DNA of 64,000 bases from the human T2T-CHM13v2.0 reference genome, Homo sapiens, in assembly GCF_009914755.1 (NCBI RefSeq), contig NC_060926.1; one strand, 5' to 3'. Position 1 is the stretch's first letter. Each line of letters begins with the position of its first letter. Below the pieces are notes generated by a model. It had not been told where the DNA came from. It was given only the letters and a program-made list of their open reading frames with translations, and did not search any database. A program made the translations under genes and the position numbers. This document shows positions 12,843-26,529 of the stretch, piece by piece.

Positions 12843-13147
12843 TTTTTTTTATTTTTTATTTTTTTAGAGACAGGGTCTCACTCTGTTGCCCAGGTTAGAG
12901 TACAGTGGCACAGTCATGGCTCACTGCAGCCTCCGATTCCTGGGCTCAAATGATCCACCTGACTCAGCCTCCTAAGTAGCTAGGACTACAGGTGTGTGCC
13001 ACCACACCTGGCTAACTTTTTACTTTTTTGTAGAGATGGGGTCTTGCTATATTGCCCAGACTGGTCGAAAACTCCTGGCCTCAAGTGATCTGCCAGCCTC
13101 AGCCTCCCAATGTGCTGGGATTATGGGAATGAGGCACTGCACTTGGC
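12843..13147 (-). mobile_element. AluJ-type SINE
   Basis: agagacagggtctcactctgttgcccagg...ctgggctcaaatgatcc...ctggcctcaagtgatct. Confidence 0.9.
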
Positions 13148-14444
13148 TCTGGAAATGAACATTTGGTTCAGTCTAGGAAATGCCTCTTTTGAGCACAACT
13201 CTGGATACTTTTACTTTATTTTTCCACCTGCTACCTGGGGCACTTCACCCCTGGTACTTACATGAAGGGAATGATAAAGTTGAAAGAACTGGATCTGTCC
13301 CACCCACATTCACACATCATAAAAGCAAAACAAAGGAAAATTGACCTAAACCCTAATTCTCCATCCAGCTACCCCCTCTCTTTAGTACCCTCTACAGCCA
13401 AACCTCTTGAAAGACTTTTGTGCTCACTGACCCGATTTCCTCACAATCCACTCACTCTTTATACCAGTCCAGTCTGTCCTCAGGCCTCACAGTGAATTCA
13501 CTGAATTCACTAATGAACGACAAGCTGCTCAGCCCAACAGTCACTTCTCAGTCCTCTCCTCACCTAACTTCTCAGCTTCGTTCAACACTTCGTCTAGTCC
13601 CTCCTACTTGAAATACTTCCATTGGCTTCCATGAACCACCCACCCCAGAAGCTTTCCTACTTAGAAAACCTGCCTTCTATACAAATTTAAATGTCAGAGT
13701 TCCTCGAAATTTGGTGCTAAAGTTCCTCCCCATTCTATAATCTTTCCTAGGTGATTCTTCCATGCCTGTTATTTAAGTTTCCAGCCATTTGTCAGTGGCT
13801 GACAAATAATCTCTCCCCCTCAGACTCCTTCTATGAATTCTAGAATGCTCTCCCCAAATTATCTACTCAACATTTCATTTGTAGGACTTCTCAAACTCAA
13901 GCACCTCCGTTGTAAGAGTGACCAAAACCAAATGTATCATCCACTCCCAGGCTCACCTCGTCTAGTGTCCCCATCTCAGTGAACAGCATTGACATCATCT
14001 GGTTGTGTGGACCAGAAACCTGGGTTTCTCCTTCACACTTCCCTCTACTTCACCTCCCAGGTCTAATCTACCGTCAAATCCTGTCAATTTTTTCTCTTTC
14101 AAGTCTATCCACTCCTTTCCATGTCCAATTCCACCCCTCTGGTCCCAGCTATGATCACATCTTTCCCAGCATCCTTATTGATCTCACCCATCCCTTCTTG
14201 CCCTATTTCAATCCATTTTTCATAGCCAGAAGTAGATTTTGAAATGCAAACCTGATTAAGTCACCCATCTGCTTAATACCATTCAAGAATTTCACATTGT
14301 TTATGGGGTGGAAAACAATGCCCTCTCTATGGGCCAGCAAGTCCCCCTGCACTGGCCACATAGCCTTCCTCCATGGCCTCACACCTGTTACATGCCCTTT
14401 GACTTGAAAGGTACCTGCCACTCTGCTTTCCTTTTTTCTCTCTC

Positions 14445-14733
14445 TTTTTTTTTTTTGTTTTGAGATGGAGTTTCGCTCTTGTCACCCAGGCTGGAGTGCA
14501 ATGGCTCACGTCAACCTCCGCCTCCCAGGTTCAAGCGATTCTTCTGCTTCAACCTCCCAAGTAGCTGGGATTACAGGCATGCACCACCACATCTGGCTAA
14601 CTTTTGTCTTTTTAGTAGAGACAGGGTTTCACCATGTTAGTCAGGCTGGTCTCAAACTCCTGACCTCAGGTGATCAGCCTGCCTCAGCCTCCCAAAGTGC
14701 TGTGATTACAGGCATGAGCCACCACGCCTGGCC
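14445..14733 (-). mobile_element. AluSq/Sp-like SINE
   Basis: gagatggagtttcgctcttgtcacccagg...gagccaccacgcctggcc, with tctgcttt duplicated on both flanks. Confidence 0.92.
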
Positions 14734-15095
14734 TCTGCTTTTCTTTTCTTTGAACACTGTGCTCCCTCCAGCCTCAGCTCTTTGCACAGTGTTCTTTCCT
14801 CTGCCAGGTGTACTCTTCACCCTCTCTCCATTGACCTGGTAACCCCCTTTATACCCTCCATATCTCAGCTCATTATCACTTCCTCAAGAACATCTTCCCT
14901 GACACCCCCAAATTAGATCAAGTCCCCTTGTTGCCCACTCTCATGGGACCCTGAACTTTCCTTTCACAGTGCTTTTCAGTTTGTCTTCCTGTGTGTGGGG
15001 GGGTGTTTGTGTCTGTAATATCAGTGCCTGGCTCTCCTTCTAGCTCTAAGTTCCATGGGGCCAGGACCATTGTCTGCTTTGCTCATCACTTGCAG

Positions 15096-15533
15096 TGTTA
15101 TTGCCGTGCACCACCCAGATTTCCCTTCAGGAATGATTGTTTCCTCGTTGTTGGGGGAGCGTTGCCCCAGCAGCCCTCTGATAGTAGTCCTCCTCGTGAA
15201 GTGATGGGGCTGAAGAGAGTTGCCTCACCCAAGGCCATGCCCCCTTCCCTAGGCAGCCCCTACATGCAGTCATGGAGCAAAGTAAGAATATAAAGGCCCA
15301 GCCCCCATCACCTACCTCAGACACCTTTGAAGGCATATCCCATCTTCAGAGCTCACGTGGGGTTGGCTGTGGCTTCACTGAAACTTCATTGCAGCCCAGC
15401 TCCCCTCTCTGTTCAAGCCTGCATCTGTCACCTCCCTTCCACAAGTGTCGATGCCAAGAACAGTCCCTAATCAGTCTCTTGCACACTAATCTCCATCTCA
15501 GAGCCTCCTTCTCAAGAGTCCTGACCTATAGCA
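15096..15533 (+). mobile_element. LTR16-like (ERVL) solo LTR
   Basis: gtgcaccacccagatttcccttcagga ... tgcacactaatctccatctcagagcctccttctcaagagtcctgacct resembles LTR16A/C. Confidence 0.6.
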
Positions 15534-15769
15534 ATACATATTCCCAGCATGGAGAATAGTGCCTGGAACATAATAGGTGTTTGGTAAATGTGTGGAGTAG
15601 ACCCATAAAATGAGGAAGAAAGAGTAAGGGGCAATCTCAAAGCATCACAGCTAGTAAGTGACACAACAAGAGTTAAAATTGAGGTTGTGCTTCTGCTAGT
15701 CCTGGCCTACTTCTGACACATCTTCATATATTTAATCTTGCACTAAAAAATGTATAATGTCAAAGCCGT

Positions 15770-16300
15770 AAAACTAGCATCTCTTGCTGGTTGCAACATA
15801 AATTGTTAAAGCTCTTTCACAAAGCAATTTGGCAGTATGTGTTGAGTGCTATGAGAATGGACATATTCTGACCCCATAATCCTACTTCTGTAAAGTGGCC
15901 TGAAATATTAGAAACACTGTTATGAACAAATTTGTTCCTTGAAGCATTATTTGTAATTACAAAAACAAAACAAAACAAAACAAAAAACAAATCGTGACAA
16001 TGTAAATACATGAAAGTAAGGGAATAGTTAAGTCAGTAACAGCACATCCACTTGATATACTATCAACAAAAATGATTGCTCTAAAGACATTTTCAAGTCA
16101 AATGAGAATAGTGCTAAAGCCATATGTTCAATGTGTCATACTATGTAGGAAGCAAATATGTACATTAAAAAATGCTTGGAGAAAATAAGCCAAAATTCTC
16201 TCATTGTTTATGTTATGGTAATAACTTTTTTCTTTTAAAAAAATTTTCCAATTTTATGCAATGTGGTTATATTACTTTTATAATGAAAAACATAAATATA
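15770..16300 (+). mobile_element. Old L1M (L1ME-like) 3' fragment
   Basis: gcaatttggcagtatg, tgaccccataatcctacttctg and gcattatttgtaat are L1 ORF2-end motifs. Confidence 0.55.
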
Positions 16301-16549
16301 ATAAATGGTTAAGACTATATATGTTAAGTTTGTGGTTGTTATTACTTTAGGGGTTCCTCAGAAGTGTTGCTTTTAGCCCAGATCAGGGCTCAGACCCTGG
16401 GAGCCTGGTTCCCAGCTGTGGCTGCCCAGTGCAGTCCCTGGATAGCTTTAAAATCTACCAATGTTGGAATCCTACCCCCAGAGATGCAAATTGTACTGAT
16501 CTTGGATGAGATAATCTGGAGAAAATGACTTTAAAAAATTATTTCTTTT

Positions 16550-16840
16550 AAAACTACTTACTTTAAAAAAAATTCCAAACATATAGAAAAATTTCAAGAC
16601 ACATTAATTTTTAAATTTTGCCACATTTGACTTATTCTCTTTGTCTCTAATAATATAATATTATAGTTTGTCTTCTGAACCGTTTTAAGGAAGGTTACAA
16701 ACACAATGCCTCCTTACCCCTTAATACTTCAGCATTTCCTAAGAACAAAGATATTCTCTATCATAACCAGAATGCAGTTACAAAAATCAAGAAATTTAAC
16801 ATAGACACAACAGCTTATTATCCATATTCTAATTCTAAGA
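16550..16840 (-). mobile_element. L1MC4/5-like 3' fragment
   Basis: tttcctaagaacaaagatattctcta..cataacca..caaaaatcaagaaatttaacatagacacaa. Confidence 0.6.
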
Positions 16841-18024
16841 CAAGCATTTGACGAAGAAGGTAGTTATTATGGAGGAACTGGCTTTCTTCTCATTGTTACT
16901 CTGGTTACACAGACCATCAGCTACAAAGCAGCAGGAATCAGCCCTTATACCAGGAGTCAGACCTGTCCTTTCTCATGTTTCTTCAGACCCCTTCCATTCT
17001 CTGAGCTCCCATATATCATTCTAGCCAGTCCCCTTTTATTCCAATAAAGTTTTATGTTAGCTAGGGTCAGTTTCTGTTGCTTGCCACCAAAGAACCCTGC
17101 TGGTTTAGGGTAGTTGAGCTGGGATTGTTCCTAGAATACTTGAGTTCTTCACATCTTTAAGCTTACTGGGCTGTTCTAGGACATTCCCCCTCTCCTTTTT
17201 AGGACACAAAATGCTTCAGGATACAGAAACTGGTGGAAGACAAGTATCATTCCTGTCCACAGGAGATCTGACCACACCTGACCAGGGCTCCAAGGATCAA
17301 ATCCTGACTTAAGAAAAATCCTGGAAGGCTGAGACTCTGAGCAGAAAGCATTGCTAAAAGCTGCTGATCCCAAGACCAGAGGAAGCCATGGCCAAGGACC
17401 TCCTGCAGACACGGGACTCCAAAGGTGACTACTTCAGTTCCCTGTGTCTGGAGAGTCCCCTGGATGAGAGCCCGGTGGAGGTTTGTCAAGATTGCATCTG
17501 TCATGGACACCCCTTCAGGTCTTAGTGGAGGGAAACCAGTTGTCTGTGGGCCCCAGGGGACCCACTGGCCTCCAGGCAGGATGTCAGGAGCCTGCCTTTG
17601 TCTGGCACTCCAGCATTCTGGCATTCAAGTGCAGGGCTTTTGCCTGCTCCACGATAAGAAAACCTTTGACCAGGGAACTTCTGTCTGGGCAAGTCTGCTC
17701 AACTCCAGGAGTTGTGGGCTGCATATTTCCCTGGAGGAAAAAAAGATGCTGAAAAATGCATTTTCTGCCTCTCTGCTTCTCACTCTCTAATCTATGTTGA
17801 TTGCGTATCTGGGACTGTGCTAAGAAGGAAGAGAGGTTTTAATGCTCCCATTGAATACTAAAGCATGAGAAGGTCTCTCCTTCCACTCTTTCTCTTGACC
17901 TCTTCCTTCTTTCAGAAGTTTCTGACTCACTGGTCAAGAATTATTTAGAAGACTCTAAATGGGAAGAAGGCTTAGACTCAAATTCTGACTGTAAATAAAT
18001 GCAATTGAGGAGGTGAATATATGC

Positions 18025-18202
18025 TATTTGCAGTTGGTTAAAAAAAATAGATTTTAAATGTTCTCACTGCAAAAAATTGATAAGTCTGTTAAGTGATGGA
18101 TATGGTAAGCAGCTCGACTTAATCATTCACAATGTAAGCATATATCAAAGCATTACATTGCAGCCCATAAATTATACAATTATTATTTGTCAATTAAAAA
18201 TA
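18025..18202 (+). mobile_element. L1MA 3' end fragment
   Basis: tagattttaaatgttctcac...gtgatggatatg...cccataaattatacaattattatttgtcaattaaaaat. Confidence 0.75.
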
Positions 18203-21200
18203 GAATTAAATTTAGAAATTTTTGAAGTATACTTTTTTTCTGAAATGCTATTGAACCTAATGGCACATTTTACAATCAGTGCCAGAATAAATAAATCCAG
18301 AAAATGTGGTGTATATCATAGTGACAAGAGAGAACTGTAAAATGGAATAAGCATTAGCTTGGGATCAGCAGGCTAGGTCTCAAGTCATGGTTCAGCCACC
18401 AAAAAGCGAAGTGACCTCAGTTAAATTTCTTCACATTGTGTTGAGGCTCAAAAGAGATCATGGAAAGCTCTTAACTCTGGGCACACAGTGAGCTTACAAC
18501 AAACGTTAATAGATTTGTGTATGGGTTGCTCTCTTTCAACTGCTTATTAAGTTTCCATTTACTTGAATTGGATAAACCTATAGTACTGTCAACTGATTTA
18601 GGTTGAAGTTTACCAAACTGTTTGACATTTCAGATTGTAGAGAAATGGATTAGAATAGCAAGGGACCCAATGTGACTCTTTTGGTGTGGACTGATTATCC
18701 CTATCCTGTACCTTATTGAAAAATAAGTGATCTAGTGTCAATGCCAGAGGACTGCAGCTTGCAGTTATGGCTGGGGTATGTTTAATTTTACACAGGAATT
18801 GTCATGATGCCACGGCTTCTGTCCAGTGGAAAATCCTTTTCAGACTAAACACTAAGCATAGATTTAAAATGTCTTCCATGAGAATAGAGAGGAGAAAGCT
18901 TGGATCCTATGGAAAGACCATAAATGGCAGAGAAAATTCAGATACAAACACAGACCTTCATAGCTCCATAGCTACCCCCGTAGTCCATGCACAGCAATCC
19001 TTCAGAACCTGGTGGATGCAGGCAAAGCTTTCCTTAGAAATTAATGTGTCAAGGTGTTTGGGCTGTTCTTTGAGCAAATGAATAAGCAAGGATTAGAAAT
19101 GGAATTCCAAATCAAGAAACGAACATTCCAGCTCAGGCCAATCCTAGTGGGACCAAAACAAGGTAAGATAAAAAGAAGCACACCTAAATCAAACCAGTTG
19201 TAATGAGCAAATGAGTAATTTAGGTTAAAAAAAAAGGGATCAACAACTGCAAAAAGGTACTGCGTTTTTGGTGTTATTTTTTCCCTGTATCCCTCTAAGG
19301 ATATCTTTAGTACTGCCCATGCCCAGACCACATCAAACCAAAGGTGGCAAAACCCAACAAAAGTTGGAAACTTAGCAATCTCACAATATCTACTTCTTAG
19401 CCTTGTTCTGTTTCTTGTCTTGGGATATCTGATATCCAGCCACAGTGTTTTGACTATGCATGTGGAGTGCCTGATATTAAACCTTCCATAAAGAGCCCTG
19501 TTAATTGGGTCATCACGGGCCCCTCAGCACAAGCCAAAAGGATTCGTAGCACAAGTGATCATAGTTAAGGGCCAGAGAGGAATGAAATGTTTACATCTTG
19601 AGATGGAGAAGGGGAGGGCATTCCTTATGCTCCTGAGGGGAGAAAATTTTGTACTTCTGTAATAAAATGGTACATTGGTAGACTAAAGAAAAGCAAGTTT
19701 TTACTCAGCATGAAACTGAGTAGAGTAAGGCACTGGAAAAAGCATTAAGGTGAATCACAATTGCAACTTTCTTATCAATTTAGTACACCTGTTGAGGCTA
19801 AAGGGTTGCAGATAGAGCAAGGATTGCAGTTGAAAGGGAATTGCTTTCAGGCGTTTGGAGGACAGTGATGTGGAATGCTCTGTAAGTACTCATTGCCATG
19901 TTGCATTGCTGGTCCTGTGCCACATGCTTTCCTCTCTACCTGTGAGCCATTTAGGGATTGGAAACATTTTTTCTAAGCTGTCAGCATATGTGGACCTGGA
20001 ATTCTCACTCTCCAGGTCATGAAACCTGCTCTGTTTGTCTGACGCTGAGCCAGTGACTTTGGATCCTGCCAGAGCCCAGCAGCTCATCCTGTATTAATAG
20101 CACGGCAAGTCTTATGGGGTAGAGTTTCCATATTTATAGGTTTTATCTTTTCAAAGCATTTTAAGATAATTTCATTCCCCTAATGGCCCTGTCAGAAAGG
20201 TGAGCTCAAAATTAGCCCCATTTGAAAGATGGGAACATTAAAACACAAAATGTACATGGGAAGCACAATATGGAGCCAGGTTCTGCAGGCAAAGACACTA
20301 TGGCCTAAAGGAGCCACCTAATCCCGCCAGACCTCAGGGTCACCAACTGGTGAAGGAGTAGACATTGAATCAGGGGTTTTAAAACATTTCTGGCTGCCAT
20401 TCATCCTAATAGTTTGTAGTGTGACTCAATGCACATATTTCTAATGTATATAAAAATGCAACTGAAATACATTTCACAAAAAGATATAGACCTTCACAGT
20501 ATTCATTATTATATTACACTTGAATATTGTCTCTATTCCATTCTGTTCCAGTTTACTATTTTTTAAAAGTCTTAATTTCAACACACCAATATTGATTTCA
20601 TGACTCCACTAATGGGTTAAAACTTATAGTTTGAAAAACAGTGAACTATATGATTATTAATGATCCTTTCAATATTTATTTCCAGTTATATACCTGAAGT
20701 CAAGAAATCAGGAACTCAATACCTGGTCTAAAGACCATGCCCCCTCACTGCTCAGGTGTTTCGATAAGGTAATGATCTCTTCCTGAATTATGAGTTCCAC
20801 ATTCACTCTTGTACTAACTCAAGTGTAGTCCTATAATCTTTCTGCAGTTCATTCGAATGTTTTTTGATGTGTTGATTAATTGTCTCACAAATATTCCTGT
20901 TTGAAAAGACAAATCTAGGTTCGGATTCAAGCTTCGCTAGTTAAAACACTCTCCCTAATCTTCTTCAATCTTCTGCTTGTAAAATGGGATAAATGAGCTT
21001 GTTGCGAGGGTCAGCCATCAGCAATGTAAGCCCATAGCATGTGCAGGTGCAGGCATGTGCGAGCATCAAATAAGCAGTCCTTTCTTGACGGGTGTGCTGG
21101 GCACTGTGCTGGCACTGGTGTGACAAAGACCATGACTTGGAATGCACCCCTAAGGGGCTCCGGTGCTTATCAGGCTCACCCTCTTTCTCTTTTTGTTTTG

Positions 21201-21329
21201 TAAACTGCCTTGAAAATTTACCAATATATCACATTTTTCTGTCAGCAAGTAGAACTGTAGGAAATAATTTTTAATGGTTGGTTAGTATTACATTTTATGA
21301 TTGCACCATAATTTATTTCATCATTTCCT

Positions 21330-21990
21330 CTTTCTTATTTTTTAGGTGTTTCTAGTTTTTTACTTTGAAAATCTTTTTATATAAAAGTAATGCATGAGCA
21401 TTGAAATTTGAAATTGTTCTGTAGAAAAGTAAAACCATTCTCCCTTTCCACTCCATCTCTTCCCATTCTTCAGCAATAACTGCTATTAATAATTTCTTGA
21501 GTATACTTTTTAAATATTTTCTAATGCATATACAATTTTGCATGTATTTATATAATTATGTGAATGAATTCATATATACATGTAGAAAACAAGATCTGCA
21601 ATATGCCTTTTAAAATTAGTACATATGGAACATCTTTTGCTGCTAGCACATGTAGATTCATTTTGTTTTCTAAGTGGCTGTATGTATTCCATTGTATAGA
21701 TGGGCCATAATTTATTTAACTCATCCCCTACTTACTCAAATTCAGTGTGTTCTAAAAGTTGTGTCTAGATTTTGCTATTATAAACAATTATGCCATAAAC
21801 ATCTGTGCACCCTCTAGAGGTAACTGTGGGATAACTAATAGAAATGGAATTATTTTATGCGTTTATAGCTGTGTTCTATGTTACCAAGTTACCCTCTTGA
21901 AAGAGGTGCCAATTTAGGCTTATACCAACAGTGTATGAGAATGTCTGTATCTGCAAAGCCTCTCTAAACTTGGTATCCCATCAATATTTT
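21330..21990 (-). mobile_element. Old L1M fragment
   Basis: ggctgtatgtattccattgtatagatg, ttttgctattataaacaa and taccaacagtgtatgagaatg. Confidence 0.55.
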
Positions 21991-22765
21991 ATCTTTGAGA
22001 TCTCTTTTTTTCTCATTTGGAAATATTAACAAGAATGTTTATGTTAACTCAGTGGAGAAAAGTCGGAGACATTTGGATAAGATGAGTTAATGCCCTTGCC
22101 CATTCTGGAATTATTTGGGAGGAAGGCTGCTCATGGGACAAGTCATTTTACCTTCCAGGAGAGATTCGACACTGGCCATTGACTATATGTGCAGCACACA
22201 CTTTTTCTGAAGGCTTGAGGCATCTACCGTGTGACAGATCATGAATCAAATGACCTGCAAGCTTAGAGAGCCTTTCTCAGCCCTGCCACATGCAGCTATG
22301 TTGATGCTGATGTGACTGATTTTACTTCCTTCCCTTTATTCACCAACAGAGAGGTCGCTATCACACCACCAACTTCTGTTGCTTAGGTCCTGGCTTATGA
22401 AGAATAGACTCTGGGAGCACATTGGAAATCAACACTCTTGCCTTATGATGCAGGACAGATGCTGAAATTCTCTTAAGAGTAGCTTTATGATTATTTTCTT
22501 TGGAAACATGGATTAACTCACTTGCCATCTTCAGGCAGAAGAAAAACCTCATCCCCTCCCCACCCCACCCCATCCCTTTTAGATTCTGCAACTCTGTATT
22601 CTGAATTTTTGTTAAGAAAATCTACAAATTAGAAATATCATTTTAGGGACAATCAATATCAGGTTTCAATATAATAGCAACTGTTAAATAAGAGAAAATA
22701 CCTACTTTCAAAGCCCGCATATCAATAAATAGTAATAATAAAGAAGTAGTAAAACTGGCTCAAGG

Positions 22766-22823
22766 AAACTAGCAGATTCAAATGAAAACTAGCAGATGAT
22801 TCAAAACTAGCAGATTCAAATGA
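22766..22823 (+). repeat. Three-copy 18-20 bp tandem repeat (AAACTAGCAGAT core)
   Basis: aaactagcagattcaaatg / aaaactagcagatgattc / aaaactagcagattcaaatga. Confidence 0.9.
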
Positions 22824-23777
22824 CCAAATGTACACAGAAGCAGCAAGATTTCTATTGTTAAAATGTGACAAGGGACCTCAGAAATAATTAAACCAAACAT
22901 CCTCAGTTCATTTGATAGAGGAGAACATGGATACACAAAGAGGAGATATGACTTATCCCAGGTCACATAGTAAGTTAGAGGCACTGTCGTGACCTATGAT
23001 AATAGCAAATAAGAATGGCATGTTGAATTCTCAACAGCGTGTACATTTGGTATTGAAAGGGAATTATTTTTATGTACAGAATGCTCTTTTGTGAGCTGAA
23101 ATAACGTCATGTATTGAATGCGCTAAAACCAAATGGATGCAATATCCAGTTTATTCTACATTTCCAGTGTTAATAGAGCATTTTAATCACTTTCTCTAGT
23201 CGAATTTCTTTCCTTCAGAGCAACACCCCTGCTGAGCACCATGTTTCCATGAAACGCTGTTGTTTTTTTCTCTGCAACTGTGAAACTCTTGTCTTGCTCC
23301 TCTGAAATAAGATAACCACAGGCAGGCTCTAGGCTACACCCACATTCTGGAAATATTTTATGAAAGGTTTTCCAACTTCCTAGAGAAGCTGCTGTTGTCG
23401 CTAATGGCAAAATCAACAGGGGGAAAAACACTTTAATTTGGGAAATTCTAGCACTTCCAACCAATGAGACTGGAAAGATAGGAAACAATCTGCTCTGCCC
23501 AAACAGCAAAGTTCTCCCTGGGAAGTTCAGTGGAACACGGCAGCTTGTCTTAGACTCAGAAAATTCTGGGTCTTTGGGATGAAAAAAAAAAAAATCAAAA
23601 GGCTTTTTGTCGGCTTGTGTACCAGAAACAGAACATTCACTACACGTGGGCTTGCAGAAGAAAAGAGGCCAAATCCGGGCACAGTTCCCTCCCACCTTCC
23701 ACAGAAGCCGCTGAGCCGCACCCTGGTGCTTTCTGTGTGGGGCACAGTTTAGTTTATTATTATTATTAAACTCACTA

Positions 23778-24232
23778 TCTGTCATCTTTCAGTAGGTTAT
23801 GCCACGGTAGCCAACAACACTAAAAGCTTAGTGGCTTCAAAAAGAAAGGGTTTTTGTTGTTGTTGTTTTCCCTCCTTGCTCACACTATCAGCTGCAAGTT
23901 GGCACCATTGGTCTCCTTCATTCTGGAATTCAGGCTACAAGCGCAGCCTCTGTCTGGAGCATGCCATTCTCTTGATAGAGGGCAAAGAGAGCAAGATCGC
24001 TGTGGGGAAGCCACAATGCCTCTTAACACCTTCTGCTAGGAACACACACTTTCGCTTCCGGTCTCATTTCATTGGCCAAAGCAGGTCCCTTAGCCAAGCT
24101 GCTGTCAATACGGCAGCGCAGAGCAGCACACTCCCCGTCTCCTCCAACTGGGGACTCTGCAAGTCACGTGGCAGGGGCAAACCGAGTGGGGGAAGGGGCA
24201 GTGAACACTCGGGAACAACTGTGCTACCCACC
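23778..24232 (-). mobile_element. MLT1J/K-like MaLR LTR
   Basis: taggttatgc..cggtagccaacaacactaaaagcttagtggcttcaaa ... catttcattggccaaagcaggtccc. Confidence 0.55.
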
Positions 24233-25360
24233 ATTCAGGTTAAGTCCCAGAAACGTTGCGCTCCTCAAAAATCAGAGGGGATGGGGCTCCTGCCTTTGAC
24301 GTGTTCTGACCAACAGCTCTGAAGCCAAGGGGCATCAATATTAAGTCATGATTCTAAAAGTAGGGATGGGCTAAGGTCAAAGTTCATGGGAGGTGTGGTT
24401 TCACTCTATGCAACCCGCATTACCCACCCGTCCCACCCTCGTCTTTTCCTCCTTACTGAAATAGGTAGGTTTGATGTGGTTTCTACGTTTTCCAAAATTG
24501 GACAAGATGGCAACAACAGAAAAATGTCAACAACAGAAAAATGTCTATTAGGATGTTTTCCTTACGGCTGAGCCTTGGATTTTTTTTTATGAGGAAAAAT
24601 GGTTTAAGTGGGTGATTTTGAGTGGTGGCTGTGAAAGAAAAATCCAATTTTGAATCATTTCTGAACCAATTTTCCCTACTTGTGTGTTTAGATAAAACAA
24701 GGAAAAAAAGCAAGACTGAAGATCAGCTGCTTTTTAAAAATGAAATGAGTCTACTTTTTTTTTTCTCATGAAAATCAGTTTTAGATGTTGATTCTGAAAT
24801 GCAAGTCCAGCTCCAGCAAAGGGTTTTCAGTGGATGGTTTGTCTTGCCTTTTTTCCCGCTGGGATCTTCAGGCATTCAGTACCCTCATGCTGCCCTCTGC
24901 AGTACTCTGGGCCAGGAAGCTACAAAATTCAGCAAAAATGTAGGACACGTGTACTCAGGGCTAGGAACTATGCCAGCTGGAGCTGAAACGCTGGATCCCA
25001 CACAGCCCCTCCCCTCAGAAGCCAGCAATCTCAGAGGGGAGACAAACAAGTAAACAAGAAATTATACTAGAGTGATGAATGCTGCAAGGTTGAGGTACAA
25101 AGAGAACTTTTCAAGTACAAAGGAGGGAAGTATAACTCATTTTTACAAAATAGGAAAGGCTTCCTAGAGAGGATGATTTATAAACTGAGAGATGAAGGAT
25201 GAGGCGGAGCCAGCTAGGTGATAGGGAGGAGAGGAAATCCATTCTGGGACTCAGGCTGCACGCCCCTAAGTAGGAAGCAAAGGGTGAAGGGCTTTGTACT
25301 TTACTCGCGGCAGCATCCCTGACCACTGAGATAATGGGATGATGATGATGATGGTGATTG

Positions 25361-25530
25361 TTATTATTATTATTTTGAGACAGGGTCTTACACTGTCACC
25401 CAGGCTGGAGTGCAGAGGTGCGATCTCGGCTCACTGCAGCCTTGACATCCTGGGCTCAAGCAATCCTCCCACCTCAGCCTCCCGAGTAGATGCACCTGGG
25501 ATTACAGGTGCATGCCACCATGGCTGGTTG

Positions 25531-25597
<67 letters not shown>

Positions 25598-25637
25598 TTT
25601 CATAAAGACTGAGTTTCGCCGTGTTGTCCAGGCTGGT
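25361..25637 (-). mobile_element. Partial AluJ with its central linker expanded to T28(TG)16
   Basis: Antisense right monomer 25375-25530, compound microsatellite 25533-25593 and a short left-monomer piece ending at ccaggctggt. Confidence 0.85.
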
Positions 25638-26529
25638 GAGCTTTTTATAATGGTGATTCTCATCCTGTTAACCTATCTCAGCTCCTGTTTTTGTGTTTTT
25701 TCAAAATTTTATAAACTGTTATAATTTATTTTTTATTTCGAATAACTAAAGATAAAAAAGTTTTTAAAAAGGATAAGATAAATACCCATGTACTTCCCAT
25801 CCAGAATTAGCAAATATTAATATGTCATATTTCATTTGATTTTTAAAGAAATAAACTATTACCAATAAATTGAGTTCTCTATCAGCCTTTCCCTGGTTTT
25901 TTCTTTTTATTCTTCTCTCCTCAGAGTGAAATGCTGTCATGAATTTTGTGAGTCAGGTTTTATATGTTTACTAAATATATATTAATAAACAACATTGTTT
26001 TGTGTAAGTAAATTTTACATAAATGATTTACTGTACATAATATTTTTCAAATTGAATGCTTCTCAACATGATGTTTTCAAGATCTACATATATACTGAGC
26101 TCCATTATATAAATATACCAGGATTAATTTGGCTGTACCACTGCTATGAAAATATGGGTTGTTATCAAGTTTGTTTTCTTTCTAGGAGGACTGCAGTAAA
26201 AGTGTTTGAATTAGGCTATTTATCTATTTACTTATGTTTACACATTTAAGGAGTATTATCTGAAAATGTGATTACTCAGTCATTGAGAACACACATTTTA
26301 AGTTTTGCTAGATGTTAATATCTCAAATTATTAGTTTCCATTTGTTTTCTTCTTGAAATCTTGGTGAGAATATTTCTTTCCTCTTGATCTTTAGTGATTG
26401 TGTGAGGTCCCATGTTAATGTATTTTAATTTGCAATTTCTCCAGTGAAGGAAGATCTATGCAGATATATACTCTTTGTTGCATGATTGGATATGATGTTT
26501 CTTCTCATCACCTTCCCTTGCCTTGGTGC

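Larger units (their letters stand above)
13170..15600 (+). mobile_element. Degraded L2 LINE interrupted by an Alu and an LTR16-like element
   Basis: C/T-rich strand with L2-type motifs (ctcaaactcaagca, aaatgcaaacctgatt, gtgcctggaacataataggtgtttggtaaatg); boundaries approximate. Confidence 0.65.

Noticed and set aside
23183-23785. 200-aa ORF on the - strand, the longest non-L1 ORF
   Set aside because: Composition is driven by simple runs (NNNN, FFFF). It has no domain or splice support and starts at the edge of an MLT LTR.
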